Positions 9,286 through 19,575 of a stretch of 42,487 nucleotides of DNA are shown piece by piece. The notes under the pieces were generated by a model. The model searched no databases. It had not been told where the DNA came from and was given only the letters and a program-made list of their open reading frames with translations. Every line of letters begins with the position of its first letter. Position 1 is the stretch's first letter. The translations under genes and the position numbers were made by a program. Location of the stretch: the sequence record SRR31156797_10525; one strand, given 5' to 3'.

Positions 9286-10313
9286 ACCCCGTGAATATCA
9301 TAATGTAAATGTCCTTTTTCCACTACTAATGGAGAAGTAATATTATTAGAAAAAACCTGTCCTGTACCTAAACCTTGTGGCATAGGATTATTTAAAGTGG
9401 CCGTCCATTGGGCTATTGCGTTTAAACCAATATTTCCTTCCAATGCTGATGTTACCCACCATGCTATATTATTTTTTTCTGCTAATTCAATCCATTCTTC
9501 AGAGGCCTTAAAACCTCCCAATAAAGAAGGTTTTAGAATAATATACTGCGGTTGAATAGCTCTTAATAATTCTTGTTTCTGCGCATAAGTATTAATCCCA
9601 ATCAATTCCTCATCCAGTGCAATTTTTAGCGGTGATACTTTACATAATTCTGCCATTTGCTCCCATTGCTCCTGTTTTATAGGTTGCTCTATGGAATGAA
9701 TATCCAATTCACTAAGAATTTTGAGCTTATCCAAGGCCTCATCTATATAAAAAGCACCATTAGCATCTACACGTAATTCAATTTGATCAGAAGAATATGT
9801 TTTTCGGATTTCTTTCAGCAGATTCACTTCCTTATCAAAATCCAACGCACCTACTTTTATCTTAATACAATTAAAACCAGATTCCAGTTTTTGGGCGAGT
9901 TGCTCTTTCATATAAGAAATATCTCCCATCCAGATAAGACCATTGATGGCAATTGATTTTTCTCCTGTTGTAAACTGTGATGGAAAAATAATTCTTTTCC
10001 CTTTATTCTTTAGATCGAGTAAGGCCACTTCCAATGCAAAACGAATAGCAGGCCAATCATTAAGAGCATCATGAAAATTATCGATGTATCCATTAATATT
10101 ATTACAAACTTCTTTCAATTTGTCTTCCATCTCTGGTTTATCATCGATGCTTAATTTGGGCAGAATAGAACATTCTCCAATACCAATTACATTAGGATTA
10201 TTGGTATCCCAGAGTTTTATATACCAACTATCTTTAGTATGTAATACTCCTCTTGATGTTCCACCTGGAGTATTAAATTTAAAAATGTGTTTTTGATATG
10301 ATGCTTTTAACAT
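9267..10313 (-). CDS. menC: O-succinylbenzoate synthase (enolase superfamily)
   Basis: KIK, RVDANG, EQP, LDEEL, ILKP motifs; men gene context. Confidence 0.9.
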   Translation of the reverse strand: MLKASYQKHIFKFNTPGGTSRGVLHTKDSWYIKLWDTNNPNVIGIGECSILPKLSIDDKPEMEDKLKEVCNNINGYIDNFHDALNDWPAIRFALEVALLDLKNKGKRIIFPSQFTTGEKSIAINGLIWMGDISYMKEQLAQKLESGFNCIKIKVGALDFDKEVNLLKEIRKTYSSDQIELRVDANGAFYIDEALDKLKILSELDIHSIEQPIKQEQWEQMAELCKVSPLKIALDEELIGINTYAQKQELLRAIQPQYIILKPSLLGGFKASEEWIELAEKNNIAWWVTSALEGNIGLNAIAQWTATLNNPMPQGLGTGQVFSNNITSPLVVEKGHLHYDIHGVWGNII

Positions 10314-10322
10314 GATTATCCT

Positions 10323-11225
10323 TTAAAACAACAAACCAACTCCTGAAAGTAATACTAATATAAACGTTGCTATTGCCAATTTTTTTAGTTGAGGATCTAA
10401 TAATACTGGTTGCGCGTTTTTTCGTACTACACTAATATTCTTAATTAATAGGACAAAGGCAAGTACAAACAACCATTGTGCTGGCTCTTTAAATTGAAAT
10501 ATAGCGTAGCTTATCATGCACAACATAGCTCCCAGCAATAAGGCCGTATGGTAGTTTTTACCCCAGCCACTACCCTTTTTAACAACTAAGGTGTACTTAC
10601 CTGTTTTGGCATCATTTTCAACATCTCTTAAATTATTAAGATTTAGTACTCCGGAACTTAACAAACCAACAGCAGAAGCTGGTAGAAGTAGCCAAAAGTT
10701 AAAAGAACCGGTATGTAAAAAATAAGTTCCTAAAACACCCGTTAATCCAAAAAACAAAAAAACAAATAAATCTCCTAAGCCAATATAACCATAAGGTGTT
10801 TTACCAACTGTATATTTGATTGCTGCTGCAATAGCGCCAATACCCAATATCAATAATCCCCAGGCTTTAATGCTTAACACGGCAAAATTTCCATATGATA
10901 TCAGTACAATACCCGAAACAAATGACAATAAAGAAATTAGGATAACGGTAATCTTCATTTCCTTTAATGATATTTTACCCGACGAAACCATTCTTTCCGG
11001 CCCTATTCTTTCTTCATTATCAGCTCCCGAAACTGCATCGCCATAATCATTTGCCACATTACTCAATATTTGTAATAATATAGTTGTGATAACAGCCCAT
11101 ACGCCTACATTCCAATTAAACTGATGATGATAAGCTGCAATAAAATTCCCCATTAATATGGAGGATAATGCCAATGGTAAGGTTCGTAAACGAAAGGAAG
11201 TTATATATGCTTTTAGTTTTGACAT
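10323..11225 (-). CDS. menA: 1,4-dihydroxy-2-naphthoate polyprenyltransferase
   Basis: RLRTLPL, NVANDYGD and NNLRDVENDAKTGKYTL UbiA-family motifs; multiple TM helices. Confidence 0.93.
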   Translation of the reverse strand: MSKLKAYITSFRLRTLPLALSSILMGNFIAAYHHQFNWNVGVWAVITTILLQILSNVANDYGDAVSGADNEERIGPERMVSSGKISLKEMKITVILISLLSFVSGIVLISYGNFAVLSIKAWGLLILGIGAIAAAIKYTVGKTPYGYIGLGDLFVFLFFGLTGVLGTYFLHTGSFNFWLLLPASAVGLLSSGVLNLNNLRDVENDAKTGKYTLVVKKGSGWGKNYHTALLLGAMLCMISYAIFQFKEPAQWLFVLAFVLLIKNISVVRKNAQPVLLDPQLKKLAIATFILVLLSGVGLLF

Positions 11226-11297
11226 AAATTTTAAAATGCGTTAACGGCCGATAAAGATAGAAAAGACTATAGAAAGAAAGCTATGTATTATCTGAAT

Positions 11298-11331
11298 AAA
11301 AAAAAGCTCGTACCATTTTATTGATACGAGC
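11298..11331 (-). terminator. Intrinsic terminator after the chemoreceptor gene
   Basis: GCTCGTA / TACGAGC inverted repeat with A8 (U-tail on the minus strand). Confidence 0.7.
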
Positions 11332-11367
11332 CACAACTGTAAACACTAATCTTACTAATTATAACGA

Positions 11368-13464
11368 CTAAAACGATTCAAAGTCTTCATCGAAATCTTT
11401 ATCAAATAATTTAATATCCACTTTCATCCCATCCTTCTTTTCAGGATCATGCACAGAATTCATATCGGCATATTTTACAGATTTCTTATCTGCAAGATCA
11501 ATATCTCTATCTATATCTTTTTTCACTTTAGTTTGTTGCACTACCTTTTTATCAGATGTCTCAATATTTAGATTAAAGTAATTCACCAGTTTCTCCAATT
11601 GCTCTGCTTGTGCAGATAATTGCTGAGCACTGGCAGCCAGCTCTTCGCTTGATGAAGCATTTTGCTGTGTAAGGTTATTTAATTGTTGAACCACTTCATT
11701 TACCTGCTCTGCACCTTTTAACTGTTCAGTACTCGAAACAGATATCTCCCGGATCATCTCTGTAGTTTTTTCTATTTCAGGAGCCATATCCCCCACTTTT
11801 TCACCTGCAGATTTAACTACATCAAGGCTTTCCTCTGATAACTTTATAATTTCGTCTGCAGCATGTTTACTAAGGTCTGCTAATTTCCTTACTTCCTGAG
11901 CAACCACTGCAAAGCCTTTTCCTTGCGTACCTGCCCGAGCTGCTTCCACAGCGGCATTTAAACTTAAAATATTGGTCTGCATAGCGATATCGTTAATCAC
12001 CCCAATTTTCTGAGCAATACTATTTGTGGCTTCTACTGATAAGTTGGTTTTATCTAATACCTCCTGCATACCTTCATGCGCTGAATTTGAAATTTTCTCG
12101 GTATTACCCGCATTTTCAGTATTCATTTGAATATTGCTCACCATTTCCTCCATTGTTGATGAAACTTCCTCTACTGAGGCTGCTTGCTCATTAGCTCCTT
12201 TTGATATTTGCATGGAAGTAGAGCTCACCTGCTGACCCGCAGAAGCAATATTTGCAGTACTTCGAATGATCTCGGAAACGATATTTTTTAGCCTTACGAC
12301 CATTGTATTCATTGAGCTTACCATCTGTCCTATTTCGTCCTTTTGATCTACGTCAATAATAACCGACAAATCACCTTCAGACACTTTCTCCGCAAATTCA
12401 ACACTCTTTTTTAAAGGTTTTGTTATTGATCGGGCTACATACCTATTCACTAATAAGAACACGATTATTCCAATTAACAATACAGCAAAAATGACGAAGA
12501 ATAACATACTAACTGCTTCTGAAACCTCTGCTTTATAATAGCTAATACCTATATAGGATTCAACAAATGGTACATACTCAAAAAACAAAATTTTGTCTTC
12601 GCCCTCAAAACTATACTCAAAAGTTCCTTTATCTAGGTTAGAAGCCACTATTCTTTCGTAAAATTCTTCTCCTTTATAATTGACACCTTCTTTTGTGGGA
12701 TGAATAATCATATCCCCATTCTTATCGATTAAAAACGGATATCCACTTTTTAGATATTTCTTACCTGCAAATACTGTTTTAATAGCTGCCAGATCTTTTT
12801 CTTTTACACCCACATACAAAATTCCCTGGACAACACCATCCATAACAATGGGTTCATAAACGGTAACATACCAATCGTCAACCACAAAAGCCCGTCCTTT
12901 AAAGGTATTACCTTGCTCAACTGCCTCGACTACAGGAGAATCATTGGGAATAAAAGTATTAACACCTCTTTCTCCCTCCTTGTTTTTAACATTCGTAGAG
13001 ATTCTTAAATAACCCTGAGGAATTTTTTGAAAAATAGTCGCTGTTCCATCTATTAATTCACCCAACTCGTCTACAAAATTATAATTGTGATATACTGGAG
13101 AATTGTCGTGAATCATTTGAGGAATAGCAACACCAATTTGTTCTTTGGTAATTTGATTAATGGCAGCAATCTCCATTTGGCTATCATAATTGAGCTTTAA
13201 CTCTTTGCTGTAAAAAAGTTTATCTGCTACTTTAATCCCGGCATTAACCAACTCTTGCTTTCCTCCAATTTCTCTCTCAATTAATGATTTAAATCCTTCT
13301 GTTTCTCCATATGAAACTGCCTCCATACTTCCCTTAATCATTTGATACTGGAAGAATAATGCTACTGCTCCAATTACAGCTATGATAAAAACAACAATAG
13401 TGCCCAATACCAAATTTAATCGTTTACCGATTTTCATATTACTCAGCGAAAGTTTCTTTGCCAT
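11368..13464 (-). CDS. Methyl-accepting chemotaxis protein: TM1, Cache_3-Cache_2-type sensor, TM2, HAMP, signalling domain, C-terminal pentapeptide
   Basis: [15 protein letters not shown]...RGVNT Cache motif. HAMP ITKPL...GDLS...DEIGQM. Hairpin tip [33 protein letters not shown]. Ends in DFESF. Confidence 0.93.
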   Translation of the reverse strand: MAKKLSLSNMKIGKRLNLVLGTIVVFIIAVIGAVALFFQYQMIKGSMEAVSYGETEGFKSLIEREIGGKQELVNAGIKVADKLFYSKELKLNYDSQMEIAAINQITKEQIGVAIPQMIHDNSPVYHNYNFVDELGELIDGTATIFQKIPQGYLRISTNVKNKEGERGVNTFIPNDSPVVEAVEQGNTFKGRAFVVDDWYVTVYEPIVMDGVVQGILYVGVKEKDLAAIKTVFAGKKYLKSGYPFLIDKNGDMIIHPTKEGVNYKGEEFYERIVASNLDKGTFEYSFEGEDKILFFEYVPFVESYIGISYYKAEVSEAVSMLFFVIFAVLLIGIIVFLLVNRYVARSITKPLKKSVEFAEKVSEGDLSVIIDVDQKDEIGQMVSSMNTMVVRLKNIVSEIIRSTANIASAGQQVSSTSMQISKGANEQAASVEEVSSTMEEMVSNIQMNTENAGNTEKISNSAHEGMQEVLDKTNLSVEATNSIAQKIGVINDIAMQTNILSLNAAVEAARAGTQGKGFAVVAQEVRKLADLSKHAADEIIKLSEESLDVVKSAGEKVGDMAPEIEKTTEMIREISVSSTEQLKGAEQVNEVVQQLNNLTQQNASSSEELAASAQQLSAQAEQLEKLVNYFNLNIETSDKKVVQQTKVKKDIDRDIDLADKKSVKYADMNSVHDPEKKDGMKVDIKLFDKDFDEDFESF

Positions 13465-13670
13465 ACGTTACCCGTTAAAATGATAGATTAATGTAGTTGA
13501 TTTAAAAGGGGTATATCAATAACTACGGTATCTACAGGTAAATGTTAGCTATTACCACACTTTTAAGGATAAAAAACATTTTCGTCTAATAGTCGATTAT
13601 TTTTATAGGAATTATAATATATCCTTAAATATCTCATATAACATTAAGCCAAAAGACCTATGTTTTTTAT

Positions 13671-13678
13671 TATGTTTG
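13671..13678 (+). promoter_or_regulatory. Bacteroidota -7 promoter box for the DUF5362 gene
   Basis: TATGTTTG matches TAnnTTTG, 25 nt upstream of ATG 13704. Confidence 0.55.
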
Positions 13679-13703
13679 TTCCTTAACCTTAACAAATTGA
13701 AAA

Positions 13704-14180
13704 ATGACAGACAACAATCAAATGTATAGTGAAACAATTGCGATATCTGAGAATTCTTTAACATACTTAAAAGGAACAAGCGGATGGGCAATGTTTTTGG
13801 CCATTATTGGATTTATTCTTTGCGCTTTAATGCTTATTGCCGGCTTTGCTATGGGTGTTGTAAGTAGTTCAATAAATGCTATTCCCGGACTACCTATATC
13901 TCCAGTCTGGTTTAGCCTAATATACTTAATATCGGCTATCTTGGGTTTTTTCCCTTCCTTTTTTCTATTGCGCTTCGCCAGCAAATCCCGAACAGCATCC
14001 CAAACATTAAAAAGTATTGATTTAGATATCTCTTTACTGAATTTGCGAGCTCATTACCGTTGGATTGGAATCATCACAATTCTTTCTATACTTTTTTATG
14101 TTGTACTTATTTTCACAATCGTAATAATGGGGCCTACAATAATGGGTAATTTACCACAAGCAAATGCTCCAATTATGTAG
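13704..14180 (+). CDS. Small three-TM membrane protein, DUF5362-like
   Basis: LKGTSGWAMFLAIIGF start, three hydrophobic segments, FLLRFASK, LRAHYRWIGI. Confidence 0.7.
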   Translation: MTDNNQMYSETIAISENSLTYLKGTSGWAMFLAIIGFILCALMLIAGFAMGVVSSSINAIPGLPISPVWFSLIYLISAILGFFPSFFLLRFASKSRTASQTLKSIDLDISLLNLRAHYRWIGIITILSILFYVVLIFTIVIMGPTIMGNLPQANAPIM

Positions 14181-14200
14181 TTTCCCAGAACAATAGACAT

Positions 14201-14234
14201 AAAAAAAACGCAAAGCCAAAAGCTTTGCGTTCTT
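14201..14234. terminator. Terminator between the convergent DUF5362 gene and menB
   Basis: AACGCAAAGC (14207-14216) / GCTTTGCGTT (14222-14231). A-run on the left is a U-tail for menB; weaker TCTT on the right. Confidence 0.8.
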
Positions 14235-14268
14235 ACAAATATTTTCAAAAAAAATAACCCCTATTGCA

Positions 14269-15090
14269 TTAAGGAAACTTAGGGAACTTTTTAAAATCAG
14301 GATCTCTTTTCTCAAGAAATGCATTTTTACCTTCCTGTGCTTCTTCCATTAAATAATACATTAAAGTCGCATCTCCTGCCATTTCCATCAAACCTCTTTG
14401 ACCATCTAACTCTGCGTTCAAACCTCTTTTAATCATTCTCAAAGCCAAAGGACTTCGTTTCATAATGGTTCTGCACCAATCAACAGTTGTATCCTCTAAG
14501 TCTTCCAAAGGAACTACTTTATTGACCATGCCCATTTTTTCAGCTTCTTCTGCTGTATATTGCTCACATAAGAACCAAATTTCTCTGGCTTTCTTTTGTC
14601 CAACGTGACGAGCCAAATAAGAAGATCCAAAACCAGCATCAAAACTACCTACTTTAGGACCTGTTTGTCCAAAGCGAGCATTTTCAGAAGCAATCGTTAA
14701 ATCACATACTACATGTAATACATGCCCGCCACCAATGGCATAACCATTAACCATGGCTATTACAGGCTTAGGAATCGAACGTATTTTTTTATGTAAATCT
14801 AGCACATTTAGTCTTGGCACTCCGTGTTCATCAATATAGCCACCAACGCCTTTTACTTTTTGATCACCACCCGAACAAAATGCCTTATCTCCGGTTCCGG
14901 TAAGCACAATTACATTTATATCACTGCGCTCTCGGCAGATTTCAAAAGCATCAAGCATTTCCATATTCGTCTCCGGACGAAAGGCATTATAAACCTCTGG
15001 TCGGTTAATGGTCACTTTTGCAATACCTTCAAAAAACTCAAATTTAATGTCGGCATATTCTTTTATGCTTTCCCAATTATATTTACTCAT
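14269..15090 (-). CDS. menB: 1,4-dihydroxy-2-naphthoyl-CoA synthase
   Basis: [48 protein letters not shown]. Confidence 0.97.
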   Translation of the reverse strand: MSKYNWESIKEYADIKFEFFEGIAKVTINRPEVYNAFRPETNMEMLDAFEICRERSDINVIVLTGTGDKAFCSGGDQKVKGVGGYIDEHGVPRLNVLDLHKKIRSIPKPVIAMVNGYAIGGGHVLHVVCDLTIASENARFGQTGPKVGSFDAGFGSSYLARHVGQKKAREIWFLCEQYTAEEAEKMGMVNKVVPLEDLEDTTVDWCRTIMKRSPLALRMIKRGLNAELDGQRGLMEMAGDATLMYYLMEEAQEGKNAFLEKRDPDFKKFPKFP

Positions 15091-15129
15091 ATTATCAGAC
15101 TTTTAATCGTTTAGATAATCTTATAGTTA

Positions 15130-16827
15130 TTATGAATCCGATTGCAGATTCTTAAAATAATTTCTTAATATTTTTCCATTACTCTCACCCGGAGTAAAAA
15201 CCTCTAAAATAACAGCTTGTTCATTTTTTTCGATAAACTCTCCATAAACACTTTGCAAATCCTCCTCATCCTTACAAGATAAATACTTTAAACCGTAAGC
15301 TTTTGCAAGGTGCTCCGCAGAATATTGATGCTTTGCCTCAAAAAACTCCTCTAACTCGGGTGTTTCTGCCGGGCCCGGAATAAATCTGAATATTCCACCG
15401 CCGCCATTATTCATAACCACAATTTTAAAGTTTGGCTTGAGATATTTATTCCACAAACCATTAGAATCGTAAAAAAACGACAAATCTCCGGTAACTAAAA
15501 CAGTTGATGATTCACAAGCTAAGGAAGCACCTACAGCCGTACTTATACTACCGTCAATACCACTGGTCCCGCGATTGGAATAAGTATTTACATTAATATC
15601 ATCCTGAAATAACTGAGCGTACCTAACCGGCGTACTATTGGCTAGCTGCAGTTGAATACCTGAAGGCAAGTGATTAAAGATATAGCTAAGTGCTTTTAGG
15701 TCGCTCCATTTCACATTTTCGGTGTAGCTCAGGTGCTTTTTTCTATTAAGCTCTTTACGTTGAATCCACTTTTCCTGAAAACGACTTTTTGTTGCAGAAA
15801 CCTCTTCTGCCATCTGACTAAAAAAATCGAGCGGTTTCATCTTAACAGACAAACTTAAATGCTGAAAAGTATCAATGGTTTCCTGGTTAGGTGCAATATG
15901 CCAATGTGCTTTTGGTGGATTTTCGCGAAGAAACTTTTTAATCTGTTTACTTACAATTTGTCCTCCAAACGAGATTAACAGCTTAGGTTTAAAAACAGCT
16001 GTTTCGTATTCATTAAAACTAAAAACCTGACGGTCGATGCATTCTATAAATTGATCCCCTTTAAGGTTTGAAGTGGTTTCCGTTAGTAAAATTGTATTGG
16101 TATTTTCTACCAGCTTTTTTAATGTCTTGTTCAATTTATCATCAGGAGCAACCACACCTGCAATAATCATCACACCATCAGCCTTACTCCATTCCTCAGC
16201 CAATTCTTTTATTTGATCAGGAGCTAATGTCTGTTCCGGAACTAATGTTTTAAACGCTGCCTTTTGCAAACTCATTGCCGATGTTCTGCCGTACAAAGGC
16301 TCTCGCAAAGGAATATTAATATGTACTGGTCCGGCTACCGGATAATGGGTATGCTGAAAAGCCTCTGCAATTGATCTTTCGGCAAACCATTGATCGTCAG
16401 GATGATTTATTTTTACCGGTAAATCTACACCATAGCGCAGAAAATTCGCAAAGATTCCACTCTGCTGAATGGTTTGACCATCAGCCTGACCTATCCATTC
16501 TTCCGGACGATCGGCTGTTAATACCACCAAAGGAACTTCCTGGTAATAAGCCTCGGCAACTGCTGGTGCATAATTTAATGCTGCCGTACCACTGGTGCAA
16601 AGTACCGCTACCGGACGCTTGAGTTGTTGTGCCAATCCCAAAGCAAAAAAACCTGCGCTGCGCTCATCCACAATGGTGTAGCATTTAATTTCCTCAACTG
16701 AATTAAAAGATAAGATTAAAGGTGCATTGCGCGATCCCGGCGAAATCACCACCTCCTGCAATCCTAACTTGATGCATTGTTGTACTAAAACTTGTACAAT
16801 TGATTTATCTGATAATGTTTTACTCAT
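15130..16827 (-). CDS. menD: SEPHCHC synthase (ThDP-dependent)
   Basis: SPGSRNAPL, DERSAGFFALG, CTSGTA, NRGTSGIDG, GDLSFFYDSN, NNGGGGIF. Confidence 0.96.
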   Translation of the reverse strand: MSKTLSDKSIVQVLVQQCIKLGLQEVVISPGSRNAPLILSFNSVEEIKCYTIVDERSAGFFALGLAQQLKRPVAVLCTSGTAALNYAPAVAEAYYQEVPLVVLTADRPEEWIGQADGQTIQQSGIFANFLRYGVDLPVKINHPDDQWFAERSIAEAFQHTHYPVAGPVHINIPLREPLYGRTSAMSLQKAAFKTLVPEQTLAPDQIKELAEEWSKADGVMIIAGVVAPDDKLNKTLKKLVENTNTILLTETTSNLKGDQFIECIDRQVFSFNEYETAVFKPKLLISFGGQIVSKQIKKFLRENPPKAHWHIAPNQETIDTFQHLSLSVKMKPLDFFSQMAEEVSATKSRFQEKWIQRKELNRKKHLSYTENVKWSDLKALSYIFNHLPSGIQLQLANSTPVRYAQLFQDDINVNTYSNRGTSGIDGSISTAVGASLACESSTVLVTGDLSFFYDSNGLWNKYLKPNFKIVVMNNGGGGIFRFIPGPAETPELEEFFEAKHQYSAEHLAKAYGLKYLSCKDEEDLQSVYGEFIEKNEQAVILEVFTPGESNGKILRNYFKNLQSDS

Positions 16828-17953
16828 TTACAATTTTATTAAGGTCATTGGTTTTTCCACTTACCTTTTGAATCACTGTTTGCATGGTTTCTGCCTTAAG
16901 CTCCGTTTCCTGCCATTCCTGTTCTGCATTGGAGCCCAGCGTTATACCTCCACCCAAATACAAATCTACACCATCATCTGTAAATTTCATGCTTCTGATA
17001 TTCACAAACAAATCCATCTCCTTCTTATTTATCCTGCCTAAAAATCCGGCATAATAGGAGCGTGAATGTGGTTCAACCTGATGTATAACTTCCATAGCTG
17101 CTTCTTTAGGCAAGCCACAAACGGCCGGAGTTGGATGCAAAGCCGTAACAAATGCACCTATTTGATCTTTCAAGTTTTGAACAGAAAATGTGTATGAAGT
17201 TCTCAAATGCGACATCTTTCCTGCTTTGATGGTTTCGGGTCCTGTAATTTCGAGTTCCTGAACACCGTAAGATTTTAACACTTGCGTAACAAAGTCGCTC
17301 ACTATATTTTGCTCATCCACCTCTTTTTTTCCCCAAGCAGAATTTTCATTGCCATTTCCTTTTCGGGTTCCGGCTAAGGAAACCGTTTTTGCTACTCCCT
17401 CAGATGTTTTAAAAAACAATTCGGGACTTGCCCCAGTCCACAATCCGGTTTGAGGCGTAAAATACATAAAGGTATATGCGTTGGGATATGAAGTACACAA
17501 GGCTTGGTAAAAAGCTGCTGCCATATCCTTTGTAAATTCCTTTATGGGTTTTATTCTGGATAAGATTGCCTTAGTGATTTTACCCTTTTTTATTTCTCGA
17601 TGAAGTGCTTCAAACTGCTTTTGATACCCATCCCAGGTAGTATAAGTTGCTGTTTTAAAGCTTTGGGATATAGGTGGATTGATTTGCTTAATCTGATCGA
17701 ACACTTCCTCTTCTGCAGTTTCTGTAATTACATAATCGCATTTAAACGAAATAACAGCCTCCTCTTTTAATGAAAAAGGAGCGATTACAAAACAATCCTC
17801 AGGCTGGTTGAATAAGGATTCTAATTCACCCGATTTTACATGTTCTGATACGATTAATACATTTTCCTGTTGATGCGGAAGCCTGTATACGGCAAAAGGA
17901 ATGCCTTGCTGTATACAATAGGTCAGTATTTCTGTTTGACTTATCTTACCCAC
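16820..17953 (-). CDS. menF: Isochorismate synthase
   Basis: GASPELF, SLAGT, KEVDEQ, LHPTPAVCG, FVNIRSM, GGGIT, EWQETELK. Overlaps menD by 8 nt. Confidence 0.9.
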   Translation of the reverse strand: MGKISQTEILTYCIQQGIPFAVYRLPHQQENVLIVSEHVKSGELESLFNQPEDCFVIAPFSLKEEAVISFKCDYVITETAEEEVFDQIKQINPPISQSFKTATYTTWDGYQKQFEALHREIKKGKITKAILSRIKPIKEFTKDMAAAFYQALCTSYPNAYTFMYFTPQTGLWTGASPELFFKTSEGVAKTVSLAGTRKGNGNENSAWGKKEVDEQNIVSDFVTQVLKSYGVQELEITGPETIKAGKMSHLRTSYTFSVQNLKDQIGAFVTALHPTPAVCGLPKEAAMEVIHQVEPHSRSYYAGFLGRINKKEMDLFVNIRSMKFTDDGVDLYLGGGITLGSNAEQEWQETELKAETMQTVIQKVSGKTNDLNKIVNE

Positions 17954-17971
17954 TTTAATATCCCCGGTTTC

Positions 17972-19021
17972 TTAACTTTCTATTTCGTAATAAAGGGTAT
18001 AATAATTCAATCCTTTTTGCTGATCATATCCCCTCTCTACATAGTCTCTGCGACCGTGAATATATACATGAAAGTTTTTATCCAATTTGAGTATGGATTT
18101 AAATGTACTTTTTTGTCCTTTAACCGCACTTTTTGAAATATCAAATTCTTCTTTTAACGGTAAACTGGATTCCTGCTGAAAATTTTCTTTGTAGTCTTTA
18201 AAGGCCTCTATAATCTCTGGCTGCCCAATTACCTCGTGTTCAAAATTAGCTTCATTAAAGCTATCCTTGTTATTAAAAAAGTCCATCGAACGATTCAGCA
18301 TATCAATCTGATCAGCTCGGGCAACTTCATTATCTTTATTGTACACATCATCCACAAAACCTTTACACATATCCATGTAATTGCGGGTAAAATAGTAATT
18401 ATCCTCACGCGGTTGTAAACCTAAAAAGTCATCCACCCAAAAGCGCGCCTCGTTTCCTTTGTTGATATTATCAACAGAGCAAATCTTATATCCCTGATCC
18501 TGCTCGGTATTAAAAATAAGGCAACCTTTATCCAGCTTTTTAATATTAATACCTTCTTGCGTACCTAATTCAAAGTTTTGATCTTTGAGATATACCTTTA
18601 AAAAAGTTTCTTTATTCTCCGATTTAAAAATACCAATGGCATTTAATAACTCACCATCAACCACCACGTTGCTAAACGAAGCCATATAAAACTCCCCTCC
18701 TCTTATTTTAGGATGATTGGAGTTCTCATAAAGATATTCTGCCACTTTTATAGAAGCTTCGTAAAAATCACCACCCTCATCAAACAAGCCCCTTGACGTG
18801 GTATATATCGGATTCATTTCAAGATCATCGGCATGAAAAAAATTGTAATAAGCATCCTCTTTAAATGGCTTAAAAAAATAGTTGAGCAATACATCGGTCA
18901 CTATTTCCTCGTTTTGCAAATGCATCAAATCCTTTGAAAAGCGCATGGGCTCAGCCTCTGCACGACATCCAACCTGGTGCACCACCATTTTATCGATGGA
19001 AGCTTGCGAAAAATCTATCAT
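17972..19021 (-). CDS. Nucleoid-associated protein (YejK/NdpA, 37-kDa family)
   Basis: VVHQVG, HPKIRGGEFY, IGIFKSENKETFL, GINIKKLDKGCLIFN, FWVDDFL, LKLDKNFHVYIHG. Confidence 0.8.
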   Translation of the reverse strand: MIDFSQASIDKMVVHQVGCRAEAEPMRFSKDLMHLQNEEIVTDVLLNYFFKPFKEDAYYNFFHADDLEMNPIYTTSRGLFDEGGDFYEASIKVAEYLYENSNHPKIRGGEFYMASFSNVVVDGELLNAIGIFKSENKETFLKVYLKDQNFELGTQEGINIKKLDKGCLIFNTEQDQGYKICSVDNINKGNEARFWVDDFLGLQPREDNYYFTRNYMDMCKGFVDDVYNKDNEVARADQIDMLNRSMDFFNNKDSFNEANFEHEVIGQPEIIEAFKDYKENFQQESSLPLKEEFDISKSAVKGQKSTFKSILKLDKNFHVYIHGRRDYVERGYDQQKGLNYYTLYYEIES

Positions 19022-19050
19022 TACAATATGGTTTTATTTAAATCAGCCTA

Positions 19051-19058
19051 CAAATATA
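19051..19058 (-). promoter_or_regulatory. Bacteroidota -7 box for the nucleoid-protein/menF-menD-menB unit
   Basis: Minus-strand TATATTTG about 30 nt upstream of ATG 19021. Confidence 0.6.
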
Positions 19059-19148
19059 ATAATAACCTGAGTTCGTCATAAATATTTATTCTTAATCAGT
19101 AAGAGAAGTGAGCTTTTCTAAAGTTTAGAACTTTAAAATAGGTTCTAA

Positions 19149-19512
19149 TCAATCTTCATTTCTAATTTTTACTCCTCAATACGCTATGTACAAACTATAA
19201 TCCCTTTAGTACCAACCTTAATTTGCTTTGAAACAAACCCAATCTCCGTTGTTTAAACTTTAATCCTCTTCGAATGATTTTTAATGTTCAATGTTCAAAA
19301 CTTAAAGGGCTCTGATTAAATCCTGAACCTTAATGTTTAAATCCGATACCTCTCTGAATAAAATTTGAACCTCTCTGAATGAATCTTGAACCTCCATGTT
19401 TAATCTTTGAACCTTAATGTTCTTTCTGCGAACCTCAATGTTTGAACAGTCAAGCTCAATGCATAAAACCCGAACCTTAATGTTTGATTCTTGTACCTTG
19501 TCGATCACCCTC
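19149..19512. repeat. Degenerate 21-bp tandem repeat array, about 17 units in two blocks offset by 7 nt; consensus approximately tGAACCTyAATGTTTnnnnnn
   Basis: Block B units start at 19324, 19345, 19366, 19387, 19408, 19429, 19450, 19471 and 19492 (e.g. TGAACCTTAATGTTTAAATCC, TGAACCTCCATGTTTAATCTT, CGAACCTTAATGTTTGATTCT). Block A has AAT every 21 nt at 19178, 19199, 19220, 19241, 19262 and 19283. Confidence 0.85.
19302..19508 (-). other. Possible 68-aa heptad-repeat ORF encoded by repeat block B; may be a pseudogene remnant or non-coding
   Basis: GTG start; repeats NIKVRVL, NIEVRRK, NIKVQRL, NMEVQDS, FREVQIL, FREVSDL, NIKVQDL. The equivalent frame of block A has several stops. Confidence 0.3.
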
Positions 19513-19575
19513 TGCTCAAGACTTTTTAAATAACAACAATGCTCGCAGGATTTCTTTCTTTCAATTCTAAATCCC

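Noticed and set aside
13526..13545. GTATCTAC..GTAAA, reminiscent of a purine riboswitch core
   Set aside because: The P1-P3 stems and spacing are absent, and it is on the wrong strand for the chemoreceptor.
17972..19021. Nucleoid-associated protein as part of an anti-phage system
   Set aside because: No partner nuclease, ATPase or effector genes nearby; the context is housekeeping.
19149..19512. CRISPR array interpretation of the 21-bp repeats
   Set aside because: The period is only 21 nt, the repeats are degenerate, the variable part is about 6 nt, and there are no cas genes.
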